This document shows positions 40,610 through 54,458 of a DNA stretch of 64,000 bases, in pieces. The stretch lies in NCBI RefSeq assembly GCF_009914755.1, contig NC_060945.1; one strand, given 5' to 3'. The notes under the pieces are model-generated. The model ran no database searches. It saw only the letters and a program-made list of their open reading frames with translations, and was not told the DNA's origin. Source of the stretch: the human T2T-CHM13v2.0 reference genome, Homo sapiens. The position numbers and the translations under genes are program-made. Each line of letters starts with the position of its first letter. Position 1 is the stretch's first letter.

Positions 40610-41015
40610 TGTGTCCGGAATTTATTCCTTCTGGTGGGTTCTTGGTCTCACTGACTTTAAGAATGAAGCCCCAGACCCTCGCGGTGAGTGAGTGTTATAG
40701 CTCTTAGGGACCCAAAGAGTAAGCAGCAATAAGATTTATTGTCAAGAGCGAAAGTACAAACGTACCACAATCTGGAAGGTAACCCAAGCGGATTGGCGGT
40801 GCTAGCTCCGGTGGCCAGCGTTTATTCCCTTATTTGGCCCCACCCACATCCTGCTGATTGGTCCATTTTACAGAGTGCTGATTGGTCCATTTTACAGAGT
40901 GCTGATTGGTGTGTTTTTACAGAGTGCTGATTGGTGCATTTACAACCCTTTAGCTAGACACAGAAGTTCTCCAAGTCCCCACCCTACCCAGAAGCCCAGT
41001 TGGCTTCACCTCTCA
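40610..41015 (-). mobile_element. Short ERV9 solo LTR (LTR12/LTR12F-like)
   Basis: tgtgtccggaattt...ggtgggttcttggtctcactgactttaagaatgaagcc...ggcttcacctctca; exact 4-bp TSD ggac (40606-40609, 41016-41019). Confidence 0.92.
40820..40934 (-). promoter_or_regulatory. LTR12 U3 promoter: four tandem CCAAT (NF-Y) boxes plus an AATAAA-type TATA, facing lower coordinates
   Basis: ctgattgg at 40854, 40878, 40902 and 40927 in ~24-bp repeats; gtttattccc at 40820-40829. Activity not shown. Confidence 0.6.
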
Positions 41016-43016
41016 GGACTTTGGTACCATATACTCATTTACAGTTTCCATGCGAGGGAATTATATTAAGCTTTCTTAATGACATTCTGATTACTTGTCC
41101 AGGTGTGTTGCGGCTTCTTATTTCATTCACCCAGAAACTATTGAGTGATTACTCGGGATCCAGTGCTTTTTCAGCAAACCCAAATTAGTCACCCCAAAAA
41201 AGCAAATAATATAGACCAGAGGAACTAGTGTTGCTTACTCTCCTAGGGTATCAAGTGTTTCACAGTATAATGCATCCAAAAGGTAATGATTCATAAAATA
41301 TCAATACTAATTAAGAAATACGGCAAAGTGAAGATTTATTCTACCTCAATTTCAAGTATTTGAAGGGACTGAGAGTCAAGATTATTTATAGTGCTTCTCT
41401 ATGGTGACATTATTTTAATGGTGTCATTTAAATCCATTTTTGGTGCAATACAGTAATTCCTAAATGATAAATTACACTATTTAATATTTCAACAGAGACA
41501 TTTGTTAGATATAGAGGTCCAATTTTTTAAATGAAGAGTTTAAAGATTTGCTTGCATCTTAAACTGAAATCCTGCATTAAATTAGTAATTTGTAAACTTA
41601 CCATTTGATTTGTAAGAAATATCATATATTGATTGTAAAACAAATGTTATATGTTGTTTTTTAGATCCACTTAACTTTCAGTGTTCAGCAACTCCACGAA
41701 GAATCCACAACTTGAAAACAAAAGATGAAAAATGATGAGTTCACGTACATAGCTGTACTCTTAGTCCCAAACCAATAAATCTTTTGCCCTCTTTCTAATT
41801 TATCACATGTTTGTAAAAGAGATTTGCTTCTGGGGAGAACGTGTTAAATAGGGAAGTTCATATTTGAAACATTTACATCATTTTCTTGCCCTCTTTCTGT
41901 TTACCAACAAAACAAAATGATATTTGGAAATGAATGATTTTGAGGAAATATTATGAGTATATATTAAAAGTTTTGACCTTTTTCTTATTTATATGGTTCA
42001 AATGAGTGCATTGTGAGCCAAAAATGCAAGATGGATCGAGAATGTTCTTGTCCAACTAGAATTTGTTAAGAGGCTCCAAACTGCCGTTAGGAATCAGAGT
42101 TGGAGAGACAGTGATTTCTATGTGTATCTGAATGTTACTGTGTTCTGGCTGTTATGCAAAAAAGAAAAGGGCATAAATAGTCAAGCAGCAATAGGAAGCT
42201 TACTGGAGCAACAGTTAATGTTACAACTTGGTGACAGGTATGCGATTCCCATTATCCCATCACCACCAGAGGCAGCTGATAGACATCCAAAGTAAGCTCC
42301 TAGGAACCCAAATGAGACTGAGGAAAACACAGGGCCGCCCGTGCACTGTGGGGCTTTAAGAAAGAACCAGAGAACTTCTCCTCTAGTGTCAGTAGGGGCC
42401 AGCATACATAAGCAATGCCATAGTTCAGATGTTTGAATCGCGGCAGCCCTCTATAGCCAGCTCAGTGTAGGGGCTGAGGTTTGGAGGGGAAACTCTTTCC
42501 CCTGATATGTTTGGGGGCAGGGATACAAGAATTGCAGTTGCAGTTGTATTATGTAGTAAGATCTTTGCCACACCATTGGTGATGAATGAACTGAGACACG
42601 GGTCTAAGCTTTGAGACAGAATGAATTAAGCACTGGATTTGAAAGTGACCAGGACCCTCTCTAGGATTTTCTCCTTCAGGAGCTCAGCTATGGACAAGTT
42701 ACCCCTTACTTGTCACTGGCATGTATCAGGGGTACTTTTACACCATTTGAAGGCTCAATAGGACAGGTATTAAAGACTTACAATTATCATTATAGTTATT
42801 TACCCCCTTTAGCCTCTATTTGTGTGTCTCTGTGGGAACTCATTCACATTCCTCAGGAAGCTGCTCACTTCTGTTTCCTCAGAATTATTTACATTTTGGA
42901 ACATTTCCATACAGGTGTAGTAGGAGACATGAGCTATGATAAAATGGAGTCGGTTTACTAATATCTTCTGATCTTGTAATTGAATTAATGAAACTAATTT
43001 TTTACTCTTTTTGTAA

Positions 43017-43397
<381 letters not shown>

Positions 43398-44481
43398 TAA
43401 TTGTGTGCATGAATACACTCACCCACATAGATGTATAATTATGTCAACTTATACGTAAACACAAATACTTTTATAAGGAAGATTAAGTCACACCATATTG
43501 TGTTAGTTGTAGCTGAGAATTTTTGTAAAGCTTTTAAGCATGCAGACTTTATTTTCCCTTGCATCCAACTGCTATCCCAACATTTTACAACAGAAAAAAT
43601 AAAATCGTTGCTCTTTCTGACCCACTTTTTTCGCCTCAGGATATCTTTGTCTGTTCATAATTGGTTTACTATATTCACATTGTCAACAGAACTCTGTGCT
43701 TTTCAACATTTAACACCTGTGAAGAACTGTGACTTTACTGCAAGCAAAAGGCATGATTGGTTGCAAAAGACCTTTAGCTCACTAGCAGGTATGTTGGAGC
43801 GACAACAAATATCTTTCAGTTCAAAGAAATCTGAATCTGTAATTTACAGTTTTCTTTCTCTCACAATTACTGGCTTACTTTGTTTACTTTCAAATTCCTT
43901 GTAATATCTGGTGAACTTGGAAGATATATCTTTAGCTGTTTCCAGTATTCTCTCTAATTTTATTTTCATGTTTATTAGCAATTTTGGTATATATTTTTTC
44001 TTAGCAAAGATACTATATGTTTATTCAGTCTTCATCTTTCTTTCTAAATAATATCTCTCAGGCTTCTTATTTATGTGTACAAGTTCTATATTATATCAGC
44101 AAACAAAACAAAAACAATAATAACAAATGTTCATGAGTTTTTAGATACATTTCTCAAATGTAATGCTCCCAACATAAAAAATAGCCCAGTATCATGAAAT
44201 CCTTGGTGGTGGAATGAAAGCGTAGGTCATTTTGCATGAGGGCAGTGGGGACTCCAGTAGGGGCCCTAGTGTGGGGTTAAGAACGTGTGGGCAACATGAC
44301 CCTTTCAGAAGATTAGGAGGTGAGTGCATACAGGAAAGTCAATGAAATTTGTTGGTTAGCCTACCTAGGACAAAGGATTGAATTTTTTTTTCCTTACTCT
44401 TTTCTTTTGTCTCTTAACCACATGGTCTTTTCCTATAGACCTTCAGAGTTAGCAGGAGATGACTTGTAGTGGTGCAACACC

Positions 44482-44915
44482 TGTCAGCCTTAAATAACAA
44501 GATTCAGAAAATACAATTCAGCATAGAGTTTTTTCAACCCCAAAGCTTGAGGATGGCCACCCAGGAGCATAGATTCAAGTTGCTATGAATATGCACTCCA
44601 ATTAGCAGCAGTTACAAGTGAGTTTTTAAGGGGGAAAAAAAAGAGAGGCAATTTCTAGGTTGCTTACCAAGAATTTGCATCAAAATAATATAAGCTGTTA
44701 ATTGATTCTACATTGTTCTTTGTATCGCAAATTCCAGGAACATGAAGATAATGGGTGAGGCAACTAGTCAGGGAAAAAAATCCTTGAAAAACTATTGTCC
44801 CTGGGCATAGGGGTTGGATGGGGGTGGAGTGGGTGTGACTGAAGTCCTATCTTCATACTCTTGTCTCTGGCATACCTCACATAGCTCACACTGGTCTCAG
44901 CTATTTTTTTCCTCA
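44482..44915 (-). mobile_element. ERV1 solo LTR, MER31-like
   Basis: TG...CA ends with exact TSD cacc (44478-44481, 44916-44919); gcatacctcacatagctca...agctattttttt. Confidence 0.8.
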
Positions 44916-45334
44916 CACCATAGCACTGGCCTGCTATGTATGCAGTGGGTAGACTGGCAGGGGAGGAGGTTAGATTCCAAAATTGTGTAGGGCTTTTATT
45001 CCCGACTCAAATATTTTACCATGATATTTTATATTAAAATTATTTTTAGTACCAACATGTCAAATCTGAAAATAATGTTTTGAGTTATAAAGTACCCAAA
45101 TGACAGTGTAAGTGTTAAGGTATTTGAGACCAGTCATATCCAACCACAGTCCTCATCACTGCCATCTTCTTTCACCGTACCTCTTTGTTTTTTTCTCTTC
45201 TGTCAGCGATGTGAGTTTAACTCCAAGTGCTTTCTTTCCCTTTGCAGAAGGACTGAGCCTTCCAAAAGAAGGTCCCCCAAAGAATAGAGTTTTGCTTCAC
45301 TCAATTCAAGTGGACAGTTTGGAAGGTGTTGAAG

Positions 45335-45538
45335 GTTTTTGTTTTGTTTTGTTTTTATGAGTTGGAGTCTTGATCTGTTGCCCAGGCTGGAGTACAATGG
45401 TGCTATCATAGCTCTCTGCAGCCTTAAACTCCTGGGGTCAAGTGATCCTTCCACCTCAGCCTCCCAAGTAGCTGGTGCATGACACTACACTTGTATAATT
45501 TTAAAAATTGCTTTAAAGTTGGAATCTCACTATGTTTT
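45335..45538 (-). mobile_element. Partial AluJ
   Basis: (TTTTG)n tail, tgttgcccaggctggagtacaatggtgctatcatagctc...cctcagcctcccaagtagctgg. Confidence 0.8.
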
Positions 45539-45689
45539 TCTTTCTTTTGCACCATTTCATGGATGCCAAGGAGCTTAGCTGATGTATCCAAATATGTATG
45601 TATGTGTATGTGTATGTGTGTGTGTAACTGTCCCACATATTTTTGAAGGTTGGTCAGCAGAGTATATAAACACTTGTGAGGATGGAGAA

Positions 45690-46591
45690 TATAAACCAAA
45701 AATAAAATTATAAGCACCCCAACTTACTGAATGAACCCCTCCTCTTAGCCAAGGGCCTTCCAAAGTTAACCTGAAAAACTAGTTCAAACCATGATGGGAA
45801 GGGGGGTTGAGGAAGCCTCATTATACTCTCTTCTCTTTGGAATTCAGGCACAACTGACCAGCCTGAACATTAAAACAGAGATCTTAACACTCACAAAACA
45901 TACTCTGTAGCAATAAGGTACCAAATTCGAACCTGACTCTCTAGTATAGCATCACATGATAGATAACAAACCCTGAAATTAAACAAAGTACGTTACCTCA
46001 AAATGTATTTCTTTGACATATCTTAAAATGACCCTGCAAAGCTGTCTATTGTGGGGGGAAATTTACATTTTGTAGAGAATCTCCTTCACTTACTAGGTCT
46101 TTTCAGGAGAGTCTATCACCTTTTAAGGTCTGATAAGAAGACCTAAACCATCTACTGTCTCTGAAGTAAGCTTCCTGGAGGCTTCATCTGCATGGGAAGA
46201 ATCTTGGTTTTCACAGCCTAACCTTACCTTAACCCCAAGTATTTCTTTCTGTTGACTTGAACTCTTTAGGCAAAACTTAACTCTTTCAGCAAATTGCCAG
46301 TCAGGAATCTTTGAATCTCTCTAACACCTAGAAACCTCCTTACCTCCCTGAAAGCCCTTCTTAGAGATGTCCTGCCTTTCCACCCTGAACCAATATACAC
46401 CTTACATGTATTCATTGATGTCTGCCTGTAACTTCTGCCTCCCTAAAATGTACAAAATAAAATTGTGACCAAGCCGCCTTGTGCAAATGTTCTCAGGACC
46501 TCCTGAGGCTGTCTCATGGGCATGTCCTTAACCTTGGCAAAATAAACTTCCAAACTGATTGAGACTTGTCTCAGATACGTTTTGGTTAACA
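45690..46591 (+). mobile_element. ERV1 solo LTR, MER4D-like (~900 bp)
   Basis: taaaccaaaaataaaatt...aaagttaacctgaaaaactagttc ... ccttggcaaaataaac...gagacttgtctcagatacgttttggttaaca. Confidence 0.85.
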
Positions 46592-46989
46592 CAGTAAAGA
46601 TTTTTATGACTGGCCAAATCTTTATTTCCTGAAGGTGATATGACCCACTTTTTTAGGAATCCATGAAAAATTTTGGAGATCCGCAAATGCATTTACTATC
46701 TGTAAACATAGAATATTATCTTCTATTGTGCATAAACATTTCTCAAAATGTTCACACCCTATTTCTTTAAAGAAAATATATATCCTCTACACCTGTTTGT
46801 GTTCCTTAATAACATATAATTGTCTCCTTGTGAAATCATGCACTTCTAGACTTTCCAGATATTCCTCACCTTCTGAACTTTTATATTGTGTTTTCTTGAA
46901 TTAATTATTAATAAAGTCTACAATATTCTTAATTTTTCACAAATTTATTATTTATTGTTTATTCCCTTAAGTGTGACCTGTCTCTGCCT

Positions 46990-47873
46990 GTGTTAGTTAC
47001 ATATTGCTGCAAATTATCTCAAATGTAGTGGTTTATGAGAACAAACATTTATTATCATCCAATTTCTGTGGTCAGAAATTTGAAGCTGGCTTAGCTAGGC
47101 AACTCAATGTCTTTCATTTGGTTGCAATTAGGATGTCAGCTGGGGCTGCTGTCCTCAGAAGGCGTGACTAGGGCTGGCACCAAAGAGTCTCACTCACATG
47201 GCCATTGGCATAGAGCTCAGTCCCTTGCCACCCAGATCTGTCCACAGGCTGCTTGAATGATGTATTAGTTCATTTTCACACTGCTAATAAAGACATACCA
47301 GAAGCTGGGTAATTTGTAAAGAAAAAGAAGTTTAATGGAATCACAGTTCTACATAGCTGGGGAGGCCTCACAGTCTCAGCAGAAGGCGAAAGAGACATCT
47401 TACATCATAGCAGGCAAGAGAGAGAATGACAGCCGAGTAAAAGAGAAAACCCCTTGTAAAACCATTGGATCTCTTTAGACTTATTCACTACCACATGAAC
47501 AGTGTGGAGGAAGCTGCCCCAATGATTCAATTATCTCCCACTGGGTCCCTCTGACAACATGTGAGAATTATGGGAACTACAATTCAAGATGAGATTTGTG
47601 TGGGGACACAGCCAAACAGTATCAAATGGCCTCTCAACATAGCAGAAAGAGCATGGCAGAAAGAACAATGCAATGGATCGTGGTGGAATTTGCAGTAATG
47701 CAATGCTAATAATAATGAAGTCTCTAAAGTCGCACACGCCATCAATTCTACTTTGTCCTACTCATTAGTAGTGAGTTACTAAGTCCAGCCCACTTTCTAG
47801 GGGAGGGACTTAGGTTCTACCTCTTGAAGGGAGAAGCATCAGAGTTTTGGGGGCATATTTTAAAACCACCACA
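46990..47873 (-). mobile_element. MLT1F-like MaLR LTR interrupted by THE1
   Basis: acatttattatc...tttctgtggtcagaaattt...ggcttagct and ctacctcttgaagggagaagcatc...ttttaaaaccaccaca. Confidence 0.7.
47261..47624 (-). mobile_element. THE1 (C/D-like) solo LTR
   Basis: tgtattagttcattttcacactgctaataaagacatacc...ggggacacagccaaacagtatca; TSD aatga / aatgg. Confidence 0.9.
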
Positions 47874-48471
47874 CTGCCTATAGTCCAGTGTGGGATCCTC
47901 ATATTTATAAATCTAGGGCATCTCAAACTCTGTGATAGAAAGTTGTGGGGAAGGTGATACAAGAGAAGATGGACTCTCCTGGCTTCCTATCATGTATTCC
48001 ATAATGAATTTCTTTCAATTACATGAAACCCTTCTTTTGGGTCCATATGATTATACTCAGTACTTTTCTAATCTTTGGATCCATATTTTCTAGAAATGTC
48101 CCTTCCACTTACAGATTTTAAGTAGCTCCCTACTACGGGCGCATTCCAACTTCTACAATAATCTTAGGAGAGTTTAATGTCTCAGAAAACTCCTTAAAAG
48201 GAATGACTTTTCTTAATTTTAGTGGCCTAGATTTCTGTTCCATTTGATTCACAAAGTACACATTCTCATGTAAATGATTCCGCCTCAGAAATTATCAAGT
48301 GTGGTATTCCTCTCTCAGGACACAACCTCTCTGCTGCTTCAGATATCTCCTTCCTTCACTTCCTCCACACCTGATCTTTAGCCTGGCTCTTACATATTCT
48401 CCACGATGCTGCCAAGAAAAGAGAGCAGAAGCATTTAGAACAGGAGTTACTTTTAAAAAGAAAGTTACTTT

Positions 48472-48970
48472 TGTCAAATGATGCTCCAACCTATAGACAA
48501 AATGAACTCTTTGTGGATAACTGAGATGCTTAAGTTAAAGCAAAACCAGGAGGCCCTAGCAGGATGGGGTGGGGAGGGTTGGGGGGTTGGGCAGTTACAC
48601 TCCATGTGTGCTCACAAAATGTTGCAAAAGTATCACAAGACTTCCGTTCGTTTCTGCCATCAAGTTAAACCAAAATAGGCTACAGTGGGGAATCTCCCAA
48701 CTGACAAAGGACTGACCACCTAGAGTCAGCCAATAAAGAGAGACTTGTGGCTTTAGGCTTAAGGGTTGTCCAATCAAGGCTCTGATCCCACTCCTCAGCC
48801 TTGCAGTTTTTGTCTTTATAATCTCTAACTCTCCAACGTCCCCTTGAAGAGCTTTTAACTTTGTCCTGAAAGCTACATCTCCCCAACCTGTAGATTGCTT
48901 TCCGAAAATAAGGTCCGTGCCCTCTCTCTCTCTTTTTGTCTCTGCAGATTTCATGGCCTTTTTTTTAACA
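48472..48970 (+). mobile_element. ERV1 solo LTR, MER67-like
   Basis: TG...CA ends with exact TSD cttt; gacaaaatgaactctttgtggataactgagatgct. Confidence 0.8.
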
Positions 48971-49984
48971 CTTTTAGAGAATGAAAGGCAATCAAACAAG
49001 AAAGTCTGGTTCACCAAATAAAAGAATACAACAACATTTAAAGAAAAAATATCTGGAAAAATATGACTAAGGTTATGAAATTTATGGTATATTCATGGTA
49101 GACAGTGGTAATATTTTATTCGCAAAGATCATGCTATAAATTCAGATATTGTCAAAGCAAATAAGGAAATTGAGGAGAAATGTCTTTGTTAAGAAATTCA
49201 GGTTTATTGTTTTGTGTGCAAAATTTCTCCCTTCCACCTGCAACTTGGCTATGTAAGTTGTGCTTAATGATGTTGGAAGTAGAAAAAGCTACCAGTTGTT
49301 GTTTCTTCAGTGCTAAAACCACTTTCTTTGGAGTCCTCTTGACCTACCTCATGATTCATGGTATGAATAGTTGAGTCACGAGGTCTCTTAATCTTCTTAA
49401 AAAGAATCTATCACTCCAGTGTCAGTCACCAGCAACCTCAAAGCAATAAACATATGTAATATACTGAAGTGATCAGATACACCTGCTGCTGCCCTGTTCC
49501 ACCTGAGACCTGAACAGATAAAAGTGAAACATCACAGAGATAAAATAAAAACAGACCCACCTGGGAGAATCATGAAAGCAGCCAGGTCCTGACCTTGTTC
49601 AAGAGGCCTTGGGAGGCTCTGCCTGAGAGAACACTGAGGACTTCTTTCAATTTTGGCAGCTGCTGCTAGAAGCTCTGGCTGAGAGAGGTAGCGATCGCCC
49701 AGCTGATTGATGTCTGAAGGACTTCCAGAACCTTTCAACTCTTCTGTTAGCATGTTGACCTCCCAAACCATGCTGTGTTTCGCCACCCTAGTCTTATTAC
49801 TGCCTGTGTACTGAATACTAGTTGTTCAACTGGTAGTGTGTGAAGGTCTTGCAGCAAACAATGAATTTGAGCATATATAATTGGCTTTGAGTCACTGGGA
49901 AATCCTACAACTTAGTTAGGTCAGAGTTAGCACACCTAGAAAGTGGTGAACCTAATTAACATATCAATTGGTGTGGCTAATAAC

Positions 49985-50296
49985 AGACATCATCCTAGAT
50001 TTAGATCATCTTAAATCCAACAAGTATCTTTATAAGAGAAGAGAAGACAGACACAAATGGAAAAAAGCCAAGTGAAGATGAAGGCAGATTAGAGTGATCC
50101 TGCCACAAGCCTGGAGCCATTAGGAGATGAAAGAAGCAAGAAAGCCTTCTCCTCTAAAGCCTTCAGAAACAGTGTGGTCCTGTCAACACATTCATTACAG
50201 ACTTTGGCCTCCAGAATTGTGAAAGGGTACACTTCTGTTGTTTTAACCCACAAAATTTGTAGTAATTTTTTATAGCATCCCCAGGATACTAATGTA
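49985..50296 (+). mobile_element. MLT1C-like LTR (3' part)
   Basis: gtgaagatgaaggcagatt...ttctcctctaaagccttcag...gactttggcctccagaattgtga...ttctgttgttttaacccac. Confidence 0.75.
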
Positions 50297-53149
50297 GAGT
50301 GCAAAGTGGGGGTATGGCACGTGACTATAAGGTGAAAAGTGGTTGGGTGGGGAGGATTCTAGCTGAATCCTCTAAGGCTAAATCCTCTAAGGTTATTTAA
50401 AAGTAAATAGGCTTTTCTAATGGGTGGATATTTCATGATATTTCATCTGTGGCTGACTGTTTTTATTTTTTTTTCTGAAAATATTTTCCAAACCCAGAGG
50501 TGAGACAGAGTTTATATGCATGTCAGAGAGAATTCTAGGAGCAGACCCCAGGAACATTCTGGAAGTGCCTGGGAGCCCACAAGAGCCAATGTAAAGATAT
50601 TTACATACGCCCCTATTTTCTGTCCATTGCCTCATTTTTGTCTGCTTCTGTGCCATATACCCTGGAGTCAGGATCACTGTGGTTCAATATTCCCAGAGAC
50701 TAAAATTCTGGTCCTCTTAGAAGCCTGGGAGAAGAAATGATTCAGCCATTCATCCAGTTCTTCTAACTTCAGCCCCAAATTTTTCACCTGACCTCCACAG
50801 TCCCTCCAAACTCAAAACACCTCAAGGAGTCAAGTGAATGCGACTAGTTTTATCTCTATCATTACCCCTCTTCATCCTTAGGTTCCAGCTTTCTCTGCTC
50901 TGCTAGAGTCCATTTCCTCCCTTTCTTTTAAAATACATAGTGACATTGTTTCTTCAAGGTGTTTTCTTTTCTATTTTTTTTCTCATGGACCTGTATGCCT
51001 CTTGCCATTTTAGTTGATGTTCTAAAATGCAACAAAAATAAACAAACTTGTTCACTCTGATGGTCATACCATCATTCTCCTCTTTATATTTTATCTAATT
51101 TACTGATACTACTGTCCATCAACTTACCACAGCTACAAAGCTGAAATTCAAATGTATTTCTTCTCCCTTGTCTCCCATACAACTTAATCACAAAGACAGA
51201 CATATCTTGCCTCATTAAAAAAAAATCAGTACACTAATCTCTAATGCTAATGATACTGCTTTAAAGGCTTCTCATCATCTGTCAATCAACTACTGGGACC
51301 CATTGTCCCTCCTTTTAGAATGCATCCTCAAACCCATCATCCACTAATCTGCAGGGTCATCTCTCTCATATGCACTGCTGATGGTGTACCTTCTCTTTTC
51401 AAATCCTTCAAAAGCTGATCTCATGGGTCTAGATCAATGTGCAGCTTAGCATGGAACACAGGGCCTTCCTGGGAGGATCTCTTGACATTATCTCATCCAT
51501 AAATTTTCACTGCTCCCAGGCTTATACTCAATGTTCTACAATTATCTACAATCTCCATAACTTTGCCATTTCCTCAGATTAAAATGACTTTCTTACTTCA
51601 TCTTTTCAGTCTCTGATTTTCCAAAATAAATCAGGCCCTTTGTTTTCTCCACCATGAAACCTTCTTTGTTCCCTGCCTCCCCTACCCAGCCTATCTTGCT
51701 CAACCTTGCTGACTTAGTCATTGATTATTTTCTTTGATCCTGGAAGCTACCTCCATTATTATCTTTATCATAATTATTTTTAAATTTTTTTCCTCCCTTT
51801 GAGAAGTAGCTGTTTTACAGTAGGTACTGGTTCTTTATTTAAAGTTTAATTATTGCTTTTAACATAGTGATAAATACATAATTGAATTTAAAGAAAAATT
51901 AACAGATCTCTTTGTTCTGAATAAGGAAGCAGCCAGAGAGGTGAGAGTACGCTCTGACATTAAAGTAGGTGGTAATGTGTATTCCAATTCATTTTTGTCT
52001 TTTTCTAGTACTAACAAACTTCATTGCTCAATGCTATTACTTATTACTTCTTGAAATGTTGTCTCCTACCTTCTCCTACTAAATACTCCAACTCAGGTCA
52101 GATACAGTGCATTTTCAAAGCTCCCCATACAAAAAAAGTCTTATATTAATATGATCCATCAGAAATAATGACATTCAGAACTTATTCCTTTTCTGTGCTG
52201 CAAGGTCAATTTTCCTACCTCTATTGAAGCATTCATCACTCTAAGCAGCAAAGCAAAATCCTCCCAGAACTTAAGAATAGAATTATGGTAATATCAACTT
52301 GCAGTGGTTGACCTAGCCTTGCATAAAGTAGAATTATTCCAAGCAATAACAGACAAATGGGTGATTAAGCATTTTTTTTCAAAAAAGAGGTCAGGATCTT
52401 GCTTTAGAAAAAGACTACCTGTATGGACAGGCTTAAGTCTGTTGTAAAATTAATGTCTAAAATGAAGAATGTTTCAGTCAGGAACAAATGAATGTTCAGT
52501 GGAGAAAAAAGGGAAACAGTGGAATTCTAATATGCATCTAGCATTGATTGGGGAGATGACCGTGCTGAAGAGTACAGACTTTCTATCAAATTTGGAGGAG
52601 ACACACACATCATACACACAGACATGCACACACACAGGTGCATTCTCAGATAGGTTGATGATATCACTGATGAATTTTGGTTCTGTTTACATAGCTCTTT
52701 CTTTCATTATCCTGAGAAGATAAAGTTGTTCTTTCCATTTATATATCCAAGCATACATTTACTGCTCAAGAACTTTTATTAAGTGGGTGTGTATATGTAC
52801 AATATTTTAAACACAAACATATGTTGGTATATTGATTATAAATCTCAGTTACAAACTATGATTACATCAGTTCAATTCTTGGGTTGTGATTTTATAAGCC
52901 TTATGAAAAACTATGTTGATAGTGAGATTGCTCGACAGTTTCTTTTATATGTTTTTCTTTCTCACTTTGATTGTTATTGTGCATTCCAAGGTAACCCTTT
53001 TATAGAAGCAGAGCCAAGAATAACAACATTATCAGTCTTCTCTACTTTCAAGTTGAAATGTGATGTATCAGTCACTAATATTCCAAACACTATGAAATAA
53101 ATTGTCTGGAGCTTTGTGGCTCCTTCTTTTTCCTACCTCCTTTGTTTTA

Positions 53150-53269
53150 TTTGCTTTGTGGTGTATAATAACCCTTGACATGTTATATTTAATTATTTTA
53201 AAACATGGTGCATCACGTATGTCATGTCCCAGGAGGTCATGATTTAACATGGAGGAGAGGAATATTCTT
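53150..53269 (+). repeat. Local direct duplication B, copy 1 (~120 bp)
   Basis: Aligns to 54322-54441 with 8 substitutions. Confidence 0.95.
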
Positions 53270-54321
53270 CAGAAACAAAAGCAGATGCTAGAGAATTGAA
53301 GATGTCCACACAATTACCCAGTGTAACAAAAATAAGCTATATACATATTCTTCCTGACTTTTCTTTCTTCATTGTGTGAAGGACAGTTTTATGTCTAATT
53401 TTCTCTTTGGGTTCATCATTTTCATGAGCATGTAATGTGCCAAATGTGAATACATCTAGTAGATGCAGTAGAAGATGCTAACATTCTGGATATATTCCCC
53501 GAACAGCCTTAAGAATTCAATCCTTTATTACTATATCTCACTATACTTGCAATGTTGTAAATAGAGAAAAAATAAAATGGACAAGATCAAAACTGTAAAT
53601 TATTGCAACTACCTCCCCCCAAAATAAGTGCTTAAACATGATAAGAATATTTCCTTTGTGTTTTAGAAACAAATGTTGCACTATAATTCATACAATTTGT
53701 TCTAAGTCTAAAAGAGTCCCAAAATACTAATATTTAGATATTTAAAACTGAAAATAGATAGACCTATATCACTGTAAAAATATAGACACTGGACTTTGCA
53801 AATCATGAATCAACATTGGGAAACAGTCATTGTACACATCAGTGAACATATGAAATTCAAGGAGGACAAAAGAACAAACCCAATAGTAGGGATCATAATT
53901 CAAATCAACAAGTCAACAAAGTCTCACATCGCCTTTTAAATTTTTATTTACAAAAATTTTCTCACTTACTACCTTCAGTTTGCTCCGGCCTCTTGTTTTC
54001 CTTTCCCGTTTATCTTTATTCTTTTTGTATACCCTTTAAACTCATATCCTTCATCATTTTCCACAAAATTACTTTGTCTTTCATATTTAGAATAAACTTT
54101 AAATTGAAAGCAATAGGATTATTAAAAAAATTTTAAGGTGCACGGAAGGACACAGACACCTGATCGTTAGGAAAACATAAACAAGAGGTCTTGAATTGGA
54201 AGGAGTCATGGAAGATCTGCAAACCCAACAGTCTTCTGTGTGTTTCTCTCTTGCTTTCTCCATTTCTAATCCCCCATTCTTTGTCCCTTCTCCCCCTTCT
54301 CTGTCTCTCTCTCTCTCTCTC

Positions 54322-54458
54322 TTTGCTTTGTGGTGTGTAATAGCCTTTGACATGATATATTTAATTATTTTAAAACATGGTGCATTACATATGTCATGTT
54401 CCAGGAGGTCATGATTTAACATGGAGGAGAGGAATTTTCTTAGGAGAGGAATTTTCTT
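54322..54458 (+). repeat. Local direct duplication B, copy 2, with its last 17 bp tandemly repeated
   Basis: aggagaggaattttctt at 54425-54441 and 54442-54458; flanked by CT-rich tracts. Confidence 0.95.

Noticed and set aside
40850-40940. Regularly spaced ~24-bp repeats as a CRISPR-like array
   Set aside because: They are the normal tandem CCAAT repeats of LTR12 U3, with no unique spacers, in eukaryotic DNA.
43431-43904. 157-aa ORF, the longest outside recognised repeats
   Set aside because: No recognisable domain, composition typical of AT-rich non-coding DNA, and no promoter or splice support.
53068-54422. Two similar ORFs starting MLNHDLL as a small paralogous gene pair
   Set aside because: Both are the antisense reading of duplication B and diverge as soon as the repeat ends.
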